The translations under genes and the position numbers were made by a program. From Tubiluchus corallicola (taxonomy: Eukaryota; Animalia; Priapulida), in assembly GCA_030141605.1 (NCBI GenBank), contig JAQGDQ010001257.1, positions 1 to 51,596 on the forward strand: a stretch of DNA of 51,596 nt. Direction: 5' to 3'. This document shows positions 1-15,000 of this stretch, piece by piece. Below the pieces are notes generated by a model. That model worked only from the letters and a program-made list of their open reading frames with translations. It searched no databases and was not told the DNA's origin. Each line of letters opens with the position of its first letter. Within the stretch, counting starts at the first letter, position 1.

Positions 1-168
1 CTATGTTCTATTAAGAAGTTTAAGTTAGTTTGTTTGTGTGCCTATTTTCTATTAAGAAGCTTGTGTTAGTTTGCTTGTGTGCCTAAGTTCTATTAAGAAG
101 TTTAAGTTAGTTTGTTTATGTGCCTATTTTCTATTAAGAAGCTTAAGTTAGTTTGTTTGCGTGCCTAT
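1..168. repeat. 41-bp minisatellite (CTATGTTCTATTAAGAAGTTTAAGTTAGTTTGTTTGTGTGC), runs off window start
   Basis: About 4 tandem units read directly; same family at 4868-5200. Confidence 0.9.
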
Positions 169-1085
169 TCAAATAACTCTAGTCACTATATGTGTACATG
201 TATATTGAAATAACTCTAATCACTATATGTGTACCTGTCTATTGAAATAACTCTAATGACTATATATGTACCTGCCTATTCAAATAACTCTAATCACTAT
301 ATGTGTACCCGTATATTGAAATAACTCTAGTCACTATATATGTACCCGTATATTGAAATAACTCTAGTCACTATATATGTACCTGCCTATTCAAATAACT
401 CTAGTCACTATATGTGTACCTGCCTATTCAAATAACTCTAATCAATATATGTGTACATGTATATTGAAATAACTCTAGTCACTATATGTGTACCCGTATA
501 TTGAAATAACTCTAGTCACTATATATGTACCTGCCTATTGAAATAACTCTAATCACTATATATGTACCTGCCTATTCAAATAACTCTAATCACTATATAT
601 GTACCTGTCTATTGAAATAACTCTAATCACTATATGTGTACCCGTATATTGAAATAACTCTAGTCACTATATATGTACCTGCCTATTCAAATAACTCTAA
701 TCACTATATATGTACCTGCCTATTCAAATAACTCTAATCACTATATGTGTACCCGTATATTGAAATAACTCTAGTCACTATATATGTACCTGCCTATTCA
801 AATAACTCTAGTCACTATATGTGTACATGTATATTGAAATAACTCTAATCACTATATGTGTACCTGTCTATTGAAATAACTCTAATGACTATATATGTAC
901 CTGCCTATTCAAATAACTCTAATCACTATATATGTACCTGTCTATTGAAATAACTCTAATCACTATATATGTACCTGCCTATTCAAATAACTCTAATCAC
1001 TATATGTGTACATGTATATTGAAATAACTCTAATCACTATATATGTACCTGCCTATTCAAATAACTCTAATTACTATATATGTGT
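164..1085. repeat. 37-bp minisatellite (AAATAACTCTAGTCACTATATGTGTACATGTATATTG), about 25 units
   Basis: Period 37 (AAATAACTCT at 171, 208, ...). Confidence 0.95.
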
Positions 1086-1143
1086 ATTAATTACTGTATT
1101 AATTAAATTCTGTATTTCTTGCTGCATTGATGTTGTTTTTTAG

Positions 1144-1257
1144 ATATTGACGAATGTTCTTCCAGCCCCTGCAGAAACGGGGCAACTTGTACTGATGGAA
1201 TCAACCATTATAATTGTACTTGTGCTGCTGGATTTACAGGAACATTTTGCAAACAAA
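1144..1257 (+). CDS. EGF exon 1 (type A) [38 protein letters not shown]
   Basis: tag|AT...AA|gtaaat, 114 nt. Confidence 0.93.
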
Positions 1258-2922
1258 GTAAATCTACCACTTCTACTATAATTATTTTGAAAATATTAGC
1301 AACTTCGTCTCTTTTAATGTGTTAATTGTTTCTCTATCGATAATGAACAGTTCTGGTAAAAGTTAAACTACTTTACAAAGAGAAAGATTAATAACACTTA
1401 TTATTGTGATCACAAAAATAGAACAAACCATGAATGAATAGGAAGTTTATCACAATGTGTACATATATGATGATGAGGATGATGATGATGATGATGTTGA
1501 TGATGATGATGATGATGATGATGTTGGTGAAGATGATGATGATGATGATAATGATGATGTTGATGATGATGATGATGATAATGATGATGATGTTGATGAA
1601 GATGATGATGATGATGATAATGATGATGATTATTTTGGTGATAGTCATGATGATGATGATGATGATGATGATGATGTTGATGAAGACGATGATGATGATG
1701 ATGATGATAGCCAGTGAGGGCAGTAATTGTGGTGACTTCAGAAATGAAGACTATTTTGTTACAACACAAACATTCCGCTAGCATGTTAGAATGTACATGC
1801 CATGTGCATACTATTGAGAAACTGCAAAACTAAGCTAGCTTACGTTTAATAGTTTAAATTCGAAGCTTACTAAAGTCTCATCATGTGATTTGCATTCACG
1901 AGTGTGCTGTCATAACTGAACTAAGAGGTACAGCGCCTGTATATTTGCAAAACACTTGCAAAGATGCAAATGCTATTGTGTGTCTAACTACTGATAGCGA
2001 ATTGCATGTATCTGCGTCCTTATTTGAAAGCAAGACTTTCATGTTCGTAATACGAAACATAAGTTGCGCTTGAAACAATTACATTTTTCAATATTTTATA
2101 CGTTTACATTTACGTATACAACTTATGTTAGTTTGTTTTTAGCTAAAGTTTTAAAATAGCTTATTGTAAGGTATTCAGTGAATCTAATAGAGTGGATACT
2201 ACAATTTACAATAATTTCAGAAATATGCCAATTTTTTTAATTAAATCATTTCATTATTTCTCTATAGATATCGATGATTGTTCACCTAATCCTTGTATGA
2301 ATGGAGCAACATGTATAGATAGAATCAATAACTACACGTGTTTATGTGTAAAGGGATTTGCTGGAATGAATTGTTCCCAAGGTCTGGTTTGCATAATGTT
2401 TGATACTCTGAGGATTATTGTTCATGCTCTGTAATTTGCGTAACATAAATTTATACATATAAACATAATGACGAGTCGCTACTTTGCATGTAAAACAAGT
2501 TAATATATTTGCTTGTTTGTTAGAGTGAAGTAATAAGCAAAACAATTTTTTTTCAAAATCAAGTTTCAAGATCTGTTAAAAGGTGCTTTAATGAAAACAT
2601 TGATGAAAGTTGTGAAGAAAGTTAGACAAGAACAGTTATAATGATAAAAAAATATTGTTTGGTTTGTATCAATTTACGTCTTTGCAAAATGACCAGATGG
2701 TTTAGTCTAGTGGTAATGCGTCTGCTTTCCGTCTGGGAGGTCGTGAGTTCGAACCAGTGGTGGGTCATACCAAAGCCTGACGCGTGGCATTTAGGGTAAA
2801 AGTGGGGTAACAATAGTCTCTGTTATGTAGTTGTAGGTTGTTATTTACAATGGGCAATAATAGTTATTTGAGCTAATGTTAATTGTTGACCCAAAAGCCG
2901 ACTTTGAATAAAGATTATTATT

Positions 2923-3017
<95 letters not shown>

Positions 3018-6000
3018 AAAATGTTCAAATGGCTCAATGTACTTTGATGAGCAAATTATTTCATAGGCATATTATCTTTATTTACCAGCAACGTGAAACA
3101 AAATGTTTCATTTTTTTAAAATAACGTGTCGACTAGTCTTGTAGTATTTCTAAAAATTTTATTGCGCCTGCTCTAAAATTTAGCCATCAAAGGAAAAATG
3201 TGCAAATTTATGAATAATACCTTGTTGTAATGGAGCATTCCTCGTCGTCATAGTAACCGCTTCCTATTCAAAATGTAAATTTTTTGGGGATAATGAGGAA
3301 TCAATCTGAAAAATTTGCTGTCAACGTTAAGAGTTTAAAATTTGTTTTAACAAAACTGAGTTTTCACTTCACATTATTGTTTATATATTGTTATCTGACA
3401 TCGATTTAGATTGAAATAACGTTTTTAAATATTCATGCAAAATTTACAAACAATATATGCATTTTGTTAATAACAAGTATTATGTACAATGTATAAAAGC
3501 CAACATATAACTACAATGTTCATTTTTCACTTTTAAGATTCAGTATTTTGCAAAATGTACACAAGCCAACATATAACTACAATGTTCATTATTCACCTTT
3601 AACATTCAGTATTATTCACAATGTACCAAAGCCAACACTTAACTACAATGTTCATTATTCACTTTTAAGATTCAGTATTATGCAGAATGTACAAAAGTCA
3701 ACATATAACTACAATGTTCATTATTCACTTTTAAGATTCAGTATTATGCACAATGTACAAAAGCCAACATATAACTACAATGTTTATTATTCACTTTTAA
3801 GATTCAGTATTATGCAGAATGTACAAAAGTCAACATATAACTACAATGTTCATTATTCACTTTTAAGATTCAGTATTATGCAGAATGTACGAAAGCCAAC
3901 ATATAACTACAATGTTTATTATTCACTTTTAAGATTCAGTATTATGCACAATGTACCAAAGCCAACATATAACTACAATGTTCATTATTCACTTTTAAGA
4001 TTCAGTATTATACAAAATGTACAAAAGCCAACATATAACTACAATGTTTATTATTCACCTTTAAGATTCAGTATTATGCACAATGTACAAAAGCCAATGA
4101 CTACAATGGTCATTATTCACCTTTAAGATTCAGTATTATGCACAATGTACAAAAGCCAACGTATAACTACAATGTTCATTATTCGCCTTTAAGATTCAGT
4201 ATTATGCACAATTTACAAAAGCCAACAGATAACTACAATGTTCATTATTCACCTTTAAGATTCAGTATTATGCACAATGTAGCAAAGCCAACATATAACT
4301 ACAATGTTCATTATTCGCCTTTAAGATTCAGTATTATGCACAATGTACAAAAGCCAACATATAACTACAATGTTCATTATTCAATTTTAAGATTCAGTAT
4401 TATGCACAATGTGCAAAAGTCAACATATAACTACAATGTTCATTATTCACCTTTAAGATTCAGTTTCAACAGGAAATGAAAGTGTGCTCTTTTTCTAAAT
4501 AGATGTTAATGATTGCTCATGTAATCCGTGTGTGAATGGAGGCACTTGTACAGATGTTGGCATCAATGGATACAATTGTTCTTGTCCTGCTGGATTTACT
4601 GGGTTTAACTGCGAGGAAGGTAAGTAAGAAACGTTTCCTGTATGTGCTGGTGGAACTAACTATTATTGAAATCTAGTAATTTAAAGCCATATGAAAAACA
4701 ACAAGGTTATTTCAAAACTGTAATTACACTTGAGCTGAAATTGAGGTCTACATTTATGTGAGAATGACAAACGTGACTAATTTAAAATGCTAGCAACTAC
4801 AAATGCAATTGTAATTTCCTTCTATCTTTCATTTCTAGAAACTAATTATGTGCTCATCGTTTATCTGTTAGTTTGTGTGTGTGCGCCTATGTTATATTAG
4901 GAAGTTTATGTTAGTTTGTTTGTGTGCCTATGTTCTATTAAGAAGTTTAAGTTAGTTTGTTTGTGTGCCTATGTTCTATTAAGAAGTTTAAGTTAGTTTG
5001 TTTGTGTGCCTATTTTCTATTAAGAAGCTTGTGTTAGTTTGTGTGTGTGCCTATGTTCTATTAAGAAGTTTAAGTTAGTTTGTGTGTGTGCCTATGTTCT
5101 ATTAAGAAGTTTAAGTTAGTTTGTTTGTGTGCCTATTTTCTATTAAGAAGCTTGTGTTAGTTTGCTTGTGTGCCTTAGTTCTATTAAGAAGTTTAAGTTA
5201 ATCGGCTTTGATTTGCTAAGCAACAATGTGAAATTTCAACTGCTCAATGTCTTTTCAGTTGTTGACAATTGCTTTTCCGATTCATGCAAAAATGGAGGCA
5301 CGTGTAAAAGTGGGTTAAACACGTTTGATTGCGAATGTCCAGCAGGATATACTGGACAGTATTGTGAACAAGGTACCTGCTTATGATTGCTTGAGGATCG
5401 TTTTTCCCTGAACACATCCACTTAATTTAAAAAAGAACATTTACGTGACACCAAAATTCCAATTATGATAATTTATTTATGACATGACTATTTTGCCCCA
5501 TTTTTTACTTCAGTTTGAGTTGTGCTTATGCTTCAACAGTCTTAATCAATTGTGGCTAATATTATGAAATTGACATTATAAAAACGGCATTTAATTAATG
5601 TTAACTTTATGAAAATCTCAACTATATTCAAGGCTGTTATTTGGGCAAAACAAACTATTAATTGTTTTTGAATTTCTAGACATTGATGAATGTTCATCAG
5701 ATCCTTGTCGTAATGGCACCTGTAAAAATCTGGTTAACAAATACACCTGTGACTGCAATGACGGTTATACAGGATATAACTGTTCTGAAGGTAAAATAAT
5801 TTTTTCATATATTGCAATTAAAGTTGGTTCCTGTTCGCTTTCAAAATGTACGTTCTCAAAAGCATGATGCAAAAATTATTTTGATTCCTCAAGACCTGAT
5901 GATGCTGTTTTCAAGAAGCACAATTGTACACATTCCTCCAAAAAATGTTTTTTGGTAAAGGCAATAAACAAAGTGATTAATTATGCTTAACAGCTTCTAA

Positions 6001-9000
6001 AATGACAAAATTTCTGTATTTTGCTTTTCTTTACATCTTTTCCTATCCAAAAAAACAAAATGGACAACACGCTTGCAGTTTCAGAGCCATTTTATAAATA
6101 TTTTTTTTAATTTTTTTTAAATAGTTTGGCATGATAAGACCAGAAAATACTAATTTTCCACACTCATTTATTGTATTTGCACTGCATCTATATGATGACG
6201 GGACATTTGGAAGTGAATATAAGCTTCAGGAACATTTTCTGTATTCTTTAAAAGTGATATTGGAATTAAAATCATTCATAAGTCGGCATAGTTAAAGCTA
6301 CGTTATTATGCTTCAAAAATTATGTCAAATGTCGATTTTTTATTTTTTATGAAAACAAATACTAAACATACTACGGCACTTTATATTCTAGCATCAAATT
6401 ATCAGAAATACTATAGAAATCAGAAAATGTCCAGAAATACTGAAACTCTAATTTTATAACTTGTTGCTCAATTTTCTGACTTGAAACTAGTACTGCAATT
6501 GTAAAAAACTTGTATTTTCTAACTGCCATTGTAGCTCGTGGAAGCAGCCATTTTGCTTTCTGTTTTTTTTTTCTGTTCACAAGACCAGATCTTCTCCAGG
6601 AACAGCCATCCACTGGATTTAAACATAGCTTCAATTTGCTCTTGTAACATCCATGGCAGCCACACTTCTCCACAGTTGCTAAGTGTTTTACAGAGACGCG
6701 ACAAAAAAAATGGCTGACTCTAACTGCGTTTTCCTCAAGATTGTGTTTTCACTGCGTAGCCTGCACTTCCACTTCAACGTGGATTATCTCAGCTTAGAAA
6801 TAACGTGACATAATTTGTGTTGATATTTTTAGATATTGATGAGTGTTCATCAAACCCTTGTCGTCGTGGTTCATGCATCAACCTACAGAACAGATACAAT
6901 TGTACTTGTGATCCAGGCTATCAAGGAACTAAATGCGATGAAGGTAAAAAATCTGTCTTACGTTCTCAGCTGTCTTGTTTACAACACTTGTATAATAAAC
7001 ATATAATTTTCATTTTCATTTTTTTTGTTGCTACTTTGAAAATCTAAAATTAAAGTCACTGTTTAATTCACCTTTTTTTATTTCAGCATTGAACATTGAT
7101 ATGTAAATATGATGCACTAAAAATACCACAATTGAAAACTACTTTAACACAATTGTAAAATACATAATGCTTATTGATTTCTTTCCTAGTGAGATGTAGA
7201 ATATGTTTGGGTTTTCCATGTTATTAAATTCATGTAATAATTATTATTTATCTGCTGGTTTGAAGAAAGCAAAAACTGGAAATTTACTTTTAAGATTTTA
7301 TTCTGAAATGTCTACATAAACAGTGAAGTAGTGTCATGTTGAAAAGCAGAAAACCAAGTGACCAAAACTACAGGTGAAATCATTTAGGTGTGAAAACAGG
7401 TTTAGAGATTATGCATTCATAAACACTGGAGAAGCCAATGAAAATCTAAACAGTAAAGAGAAAGATTTATCAATTTTAACAAGAGCACCTGAAGGTAGCA
7501 GCACTATCCAAAACTAAAAAAGTATGATGACAGTACAACATAAATTTAAATTTTATGTAATTTTAATGATTTTCTTCTGTCCATCTGCTTTGTGAAATAT
7601 AACAATATTATTGCCTATTTTTCGCAAATAATGAAAAAACGTATTTCAATATATATAATATTTTGCAGGATCACTACATTTGTTAATATTTAAAGCAAAA
7701 CAGTATGATTTTGTAAAAGCCACCCCATTTTAAAAAATTGTATTATGCATACATTTTATCACATGTAAACATTGTAAGGAATTTCTGATAATTAAATAAT
7801 AGCTTAAAAACTTAATTAGCAGTGGGTGAACCCGACTAGTGATGATGTCACAAATGAACACAATTTTCAACAGTACAAATATTCCATGAGCGTGTTGAAA
7901 TGATTTTGGGAAGTGAAAATCGTGGTACTGTACACGATTCAGGGTAATATACTAAAACTTGGCAAGTTCTGAAGATAAAAATTGAAAATTAAAATTCTAT
8001 TGGGCTCACGCACGAGCTCTCGTATGTGTGTTTCATGACGCAAATGAACAGCTCTAAATTAAGAGGTACAGCACAAATTTTTCTCGCAATGGGTTTGCTA
8101 AATGCAGGGTTTAGTGCCCATCTAACTAGCAAACTGCATGTAATTGTGAAGAACTAGCCACGGAAACAGGAAATTACTTTTGCATGACGTTAATTCTTTC
8201 ACGAAAGTCATCCTTTAGAAAAAATAGCATGTTTGATTTCAATATTTAAAAGAGTAAATTTACCTATCTTATGAGAAAACTTTTAACAGAACTTACAAAT
8301 TCCTTTTACATACCCTAAATTAACCCTAACACAGACTGCCACCCATACCCAAACCCAAATACTAACCCTGATCCTAGCTTTTAACCTTTATCTGCTTTAT
8401 GTACTAATTTCTTGAAATTGCTGAGATGTTGAGCCAAAATTGTGAGGTCTGATGGCTGAAATAAATGTTACATTTGAAGCTCTCATTGTAACTTTAGTTG
8501 ACTTCTTTCAAATCTGATTACTTTTTGTTATGGCTTTGTAGTGAATATTGACAGGTTTCTGCTGTCATTTTTTTGCACTTATTGGATAAATCTGCTTCTT
8601 TTCTAGTTAAATGAATTTATTCTTTCTGTTTAGATATCAATGATTGTTCACCTAATCCTTGTTTGAATGGAGCGACATGTATAGATAGAATCAATAACTA
8701 CACTTGTTTATGTGTCAAGGGATATGCTGGAGTTAATTGCTCAAAAGGTCTGGTTTGCATAATATTTGCTACTCTAGAAAGCATTGTTAAAGATGTGTAA
8801 TTAGATATCATCATAAATTTAAATGTCATGTGAACATGAAGGCATCTTGAAACTTTCTATATTTAAATATGTCAGTCAGTATTGAGCTGATCCCGATTTG
8901 GTGTGAAGAAGAGCTATTGACTGTAGGATTTGGAGTTCATTGTGAAGTTAATTGTGAACAAGGTCTAGATTTGTTTGCTATGCTTTAAATTCCTGTTAAA

Positions 9001-12000
9001 TCTGCTTACTATTTTGTAATTGAAACGAACCTAGACCGACAGGACGAAGTCTGCATGTGGGCGTTTTTGTCTTAAGCCTCAGTTAATTGTTGATCTCACG
9101 TTTTCTTTCGGTTTTTCTAGTTTTTGTAGGAAAGCAAAAACATGTAATACAGTTTACCCGTGAAGTTGTCCTGAAGTTTCTGTTGACTTGTAATAATTTT
9201 CTTCTTTGATGATAATTTTCTACGCCATCACGAATAACTCTGTCTTCAGCTTAATGGTTAATAGTTTATGACCTTATTTGTTGATCGCTTGCTGCATTAC
9301 CTTTAATGTAATTGAAAGCTAACGATTTGAATACAAAATATTTCCAACATGTTGTTGCCTTTAATTGTGGATTATTTTTAGATATTGATGAATGCTCGTC
9401 AGATCCTTGTATTCACGGGTCATGCACAGAGAGTGTCAATAATTACACCTGCACTTGTGAAGCAGGATACGAAGGATACAACTGTGCGCAAGGTATTTAT
9501 CACATTTCTGCAAGTATTAATAACTGCATCTTGTTTATAACTGTTTTTTGTTAACATTTATGTTTTTCTTCTTACCAGTAAAATGAAGATAGTTAATTGT
9601 GTTTGATGGAATCAAGACTGAAATGTCTGTTGATTATTTCTGTGTGTTTGTTTATTTATCATTGCAATTCTTACCAACATATATACACCGCACCCATATC
9701 ATTTTTTGTTCACAATTGATGTATGCAAATATAATTAATTATAAATAAATTGAATACTCTATCTGCTTGCTAATTGTTGTTACTACTCTATAAGTTTAAT
9801 TAGGATGATCAATATTATAACTTAATCATTTCTATGTACATGATTCATACAATTTTGTCTTCAAGACACTTTAGCACTTTTTTAAAATGTCTGAGCAGTT
9901 ACTTTTGCCACAAATCAATAATCATTTTTGCAGTTTCTAACGTTATTGAATGTTGTGCAGAATTATAAATTACTTAGTTACTTATCTTGTTATTATAAAA
10001 ATCTTGGCTATTAAACTTGCTTACTAACTCTACATACTTTCTTGCTTACATCCAATTGGCATCAACATAAGTGTCTACTATACTTAAGGTTTTGTATCTT
10101 TGTATCCTTGTATCTTTTGTACCTTTTCTACTTAGAAAAGCAGAAAAAACTGACAAACTGAAAGATTTACAGCATTTAGAAAATAAAATAGAGCCTTGAA
10201 GAACCAATAATTCAATTCAATTGATTTTATTTCCTCAAACGTTCGATTAAAGACAAAATCGTATGAGTCATATACATAAAAATGATTATGTCATTATATT
10301 GATCATCGTAATTAACCTTATAGGGTAGCAACAGCAATTAGCAAGCAGATATAGTATTCAATTTATTTATAATTAATTATATTTGCACACATCAATTGTG
10401 AACAAAAAATGATAATGGTATTGTGTATATATCATGGTAAGAATTGCAGTGATAATTAGACAAACACATGGAAATCATCAACAGACATTTCAGTCTTGAG
10501 TTCATCAAATGCAATGGACTATCGTCATTCTGCAGTGTCTCACTAAAGAGAAAGACATTAATATTATACAAGTGAAATATTTCAATAACAACTGACTAGG
10601 AGCAGAAAACGACCAATTGGTCATTGTGACATTTTTACATATTTTTCTTTCGAGCAAGTTTAGTTTACACATTTAATACCTGTCGGCTCAAAACAAAAGC
10701 GTACTCAACACTCTGAAAACTATTTGTGCTGTGTACTGTAAAAAAGATTAATAACCCATTTTGTGCGCTTGTTTGTGAGGTCCACTGAAATAAACAATTT
10801 ATTTACAACATTTGGCAGATGTTGACGAATGCTTATCTAATCCGTGTTCCAATGGAGCTTCATGTTTTGATGGAATCAATAAGTACACTTGTGTTTGTCT
10901 CTCTGGATATACAGGAGCTAAATGTAAACAAGGTATGACGTGTGCATTATATGTGCTTAAATGTTAGCAAATTATTGATCATGTACTGAATATGAGGACA
11001 TTATGCAATTATGTTCAAAAGATGAGCTAAAAATTCATTAGTTAATCTACTATGATGTGCGGTGTATCAGAAGGTGTGATGTTAAGTACTGAAAAAAATG
11101 TATTCTTGTGCTTGTATGTCCTGCTAGATGTAAAGGCTCTAATACAAAGCTACTACATTTTTCTACTAAGGTATTTTAACAGTTTGATGAACAAATTACC
11201 ACAATGTTACGGAGCTTAAATTATTTTGTTTTCTTTTTTTAGATATTGACGAGTGTTCTTCCAATCCCTGCAGGAATGGGGCTACCTGTAGCAACGGAAT
11301 TAACCATTACAATTGTTCCTGTGCAGTCGGATTTTCAGGAACTTTTTGCGAACAAAGTAAAAGTTGCCACATCTTTTATAATTTAGTAAAATTTAGTGAT
11401 TCCGTGTTTTTTAGTTCATTTATTGCCTTTCTTTTGACATTAATGAATGTTCGTCCAATCTTTATAACAAATTGGGATAGGTGGAGAGGTGAATTAGTCA
11501 TTTTACTTGCTTTTGTTTTGAAACGTAACGACACAAAATTTTAACAAGATAAAGATTATGATCATATATGGTGCTATATGCTGCATAAATCAACGATGTG
11601 CATTTATTATGATTTTGCTTAAAATTTTCAATTGCAGCTATTAAACTTTACAAGATTAATTATTTCTGTCTAGATATCGATGATTGCTCACCTAATCCTT
11701 GCATGAATGGAGCTACATGCATAGATAAAAGCAATAACTACACTTGCTTATGTGTACACGGATATGTTGGAATTAATTGCTCAAAAGGTTTGCAATCTGT
11801 TTGTTATCCTCAAGAGAATTCTCCAAATGTATCTTATTTGTTTAATTTGTGTGATATTGATGAAATCTGGCAACTTTCGTATACTAAAAGTTTAGTCCAG
11901 AATCAGTTTTCTGCACTTTTGTTTTGAAGAATGAAGAACATAGCCTTTGTCGATATATCGTTATGTGATTTCAGATTAAAATGAAGGTTGTAGACATACA

Positions 12001-15000
12001 GACAAAATTCACGAATGATTTTAAGCAGTTTGTCATGAAACATGTTAAAGTTTTTGTGGAGACCCATAACATTAAACTATGTTATGGTTTATTAAGTAAG
12101 TGAGTAAATAAGTAAGTGAGTGAGTGAGTGAGTGAGTGAGTGAGTGAGTGAGTGAGTGAGTGAGTGAGTGAGTGAGTGAGTGAGTGAGTGAGTGAGTGAG
12201 TGAGTGAGTGAGTGAGTGAGTAAATAAGTGAGTGAGTGAGTGAGTGAGTGAGTGAGTGAGTGAGTGAGTGAGTGAGTGAGTGAGTGAGTGAGTGAGTGAG
12301 TGAGTGAGTGAGTGAGTGAGTGAGTGAGTGAGTAAGCAAGTAAGTAAGTAAGAAAGTAAGTAAGTAAGTAAGAAGATTGGGGATAATTAAGTAGTAGTAG
12401 TCACATTTAGTGGGTCTTTTGTCTTAGTAACACATGAGATATTAGTGACTGCTCCTGTATTCGTTGTGCAAACTAGGACCAGCTTAAGAACTCAGCTAAA
12501 CATGTATGATGTAGGTCTGACTTAATACCACAACTTGCTGCCCATTTTGTTGTAATTAGGTTGTTTTTTATGATAGTTCAGTTGTTCGACATGATGCGTT
12601 GTGCTAAGATTTGTTACCTGTCTGCAATTTGACGGTTAATGAATTAAATGAAAAGCAAATTTGTCATTATTTTTACAAAATCAAAAATGCTATTAACATC
12701 TGAAATCATCTATTTTTTTACGTTCACAGGCACTGTTGAATCCTTAATGTTAGTTTTGATTTTTCTTATTTATTTTCCAGTTAAAGACAATTGTTTACCC
12801 GATTCGTGCAAAAATGGTGGCACGTGTATAAATAGTTTAAACTCGTTCTCTTGTAACTGTTCTGCTGGATATACTGGATATTATTGTGAACAAGGTACGT
12901 TTATATTTTTGTACGTACGTTGGTATGTTTATGAGTCACTGCAGCCTAATATCAATGACAGAGGCTGTTTTTGCAGATGCGGTTTGTGTATCCTGTCTCT
13001 GATAGCCGGGTTTTTCTGATCGCAAAAAGAAAACAATCCAGTCCGATACCGATTATAGATTTTCCTCAAAACTGATAACCGATCTGATATCAATTCCTGA
13101 TTTTCCTCAAAACCGATAACCACACCGATACCAATTATTGATGTTCCTCAATATCAATGACCAATCCGATACCAAATATTGATTTTCCTCAAAACCGATA
13201 ACCACACCGATACCAAATATTGATTTTCCTCAAAACCGATAACCACACCGATACCAATTATTGATTTTCCTCAAAACCGATAACCACACCGATACCAATT
13301 ACAGATTTTCATCAAAGCTGATACCCATTACCTAATCACTGATTATCGTCTAGATCAGCTATAAAAGGAAATTATTAACACATGCGTTCACAACTAGAAA
13401 ATTGAAAGTTTCGAAGCTGGAGATGTCTTTATGTCTTAACCTTCCTGCTGCCAATGGTAGAAGTTCAAATAGTTTTTTTAACAAATTGGGTTGCCAAGTA
13501 CAAAGAGACCTTTGCAGTTTGTGTTGAAATCTATAATACGTTGAAATGTTTGTTGAGTTTCATTCATTTCAAGCATTAATTCTCTGAATTTACACATTTT
13601 TTCCCGTTAGAATTTCTAGTTTTACTACATGTTCCACATGTTGCATAGCCAGGATGAAAAAAGAATTAAATACGTACTTTGCGTTGAAAACAAGAAATGA
13701 AGACGCCTGGTTATTTTTTTAAAATTGAGCATTTAGCGAGGGGGTGCTGCTACTTGCAAGGAGATTTAGTTAAGATTAACACAGTGGTGCAATACAAGTT
13801 TGTACACATAGTCCACAATTTTTTTGACATGGGAAAGATACTTGGTGATAAAACATTCCACATGAATATGCAAAACTTTTCCACTAAAACCAAAAATGGA
13901 TGGCCATGCATTCAAATTCATCTGGTAATATATTCCTAAACTTCGAATTATTAAAAATTAAGAAATTATTTACCATTGCTTTTTCTTTACTAACATTTCC
14001 ATTTAAATCTTTTTGTTACTTGTGCTTCCAGTGACTTGTAGCTGAAATTGTAGGCCATCTAATATATTAGAATATCATTTAATGTTAGAGCTATATATTT
14101 AAAAATCATTACAGCAGTTATTTTGAAATGGTTTTTGTTTTGTTTTATTTTGAATGGTGCAGAATACAAATGTATAAAACCAAAGTTGCAGAATTTTCAA
14201 AAAAAAATTAAGTCATGATACGTGCAATCATATTTTCAACAAATTTTGTGTATGTGAGATACTATTACCAAACAAGAGAAGGGATGAGAACTTGTTTTGG
14301 TAAATGCACATTTTTTTGAACTTCTAGATATTGATGAATGTTTATCAAGTCCTTGTCATAATGGCACATGTAACAATCTGGTGAATAAATACACTTGTAA
14401 CTGCAGTGACGGTTATGAGGGATCTAACTGTGACAAAGGTAAGATATACCACTTAATTTTTTTTCAATGTCGCAATTTAACTTGAGCTGCGCTCCCTTTC
14501 AAAATACACTTTCTAAAAAGCCAAATGTATGTTCATCAAATCCTTGTCATAATGTCACTTGTAAAATCTAGTGAATAGATACACTTGTAATTGCAATGAT
14601 GGATATGAAGGATATAACTGTGATGAAGGCTATTTTAATTTTTTATTCATGTTGCCATGAATGTTTGATTATAAACTAGCATTCTGAAAGTTCAACATGT
14701 TGACAGTTTTCACAGTTCTTCGATAAATAACAGCTATTTAACCTATTTTTTTTTCTCAAAACTGCTTGTGCTGTGCTAAGTATGGAAATGCAAATTGGGC
14801 TTATAAAAGTATCAAATTTTTAATCATAAATAAATCGTCATTAAAAGTGCAAATGTGTCCAAAATACAACATATAAATACGCAAAAATGTTCTGTGTCAT
14901 TTCTAGGGCATCAAAATTTGTGTATTTCATGCAGTCTAGTAAACGATTATTTATTTTCCATGATTGCAAGTTTTGTTTTGACATTCTTAGATATTGATGA

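Noticed and set aside
1388-1784. Poly-His/Asp/Met/Ile ORFs
   Set aside because: Translations of an intronic (GAT)n microsatellite
2691-2770. Functional tRNA gene
   Set aside because: No convincing acceptor stem; continues into a body and simple-repeat tail like a SINE
3548-4479. 192-aa and 113-aa repeat ORFs
   Set aside because: Product of a 66-bp intronic minisatellite
8311-8380. Interstitial telomere repeat
   Set aside because: Only a few degenerate AACCCT-like units
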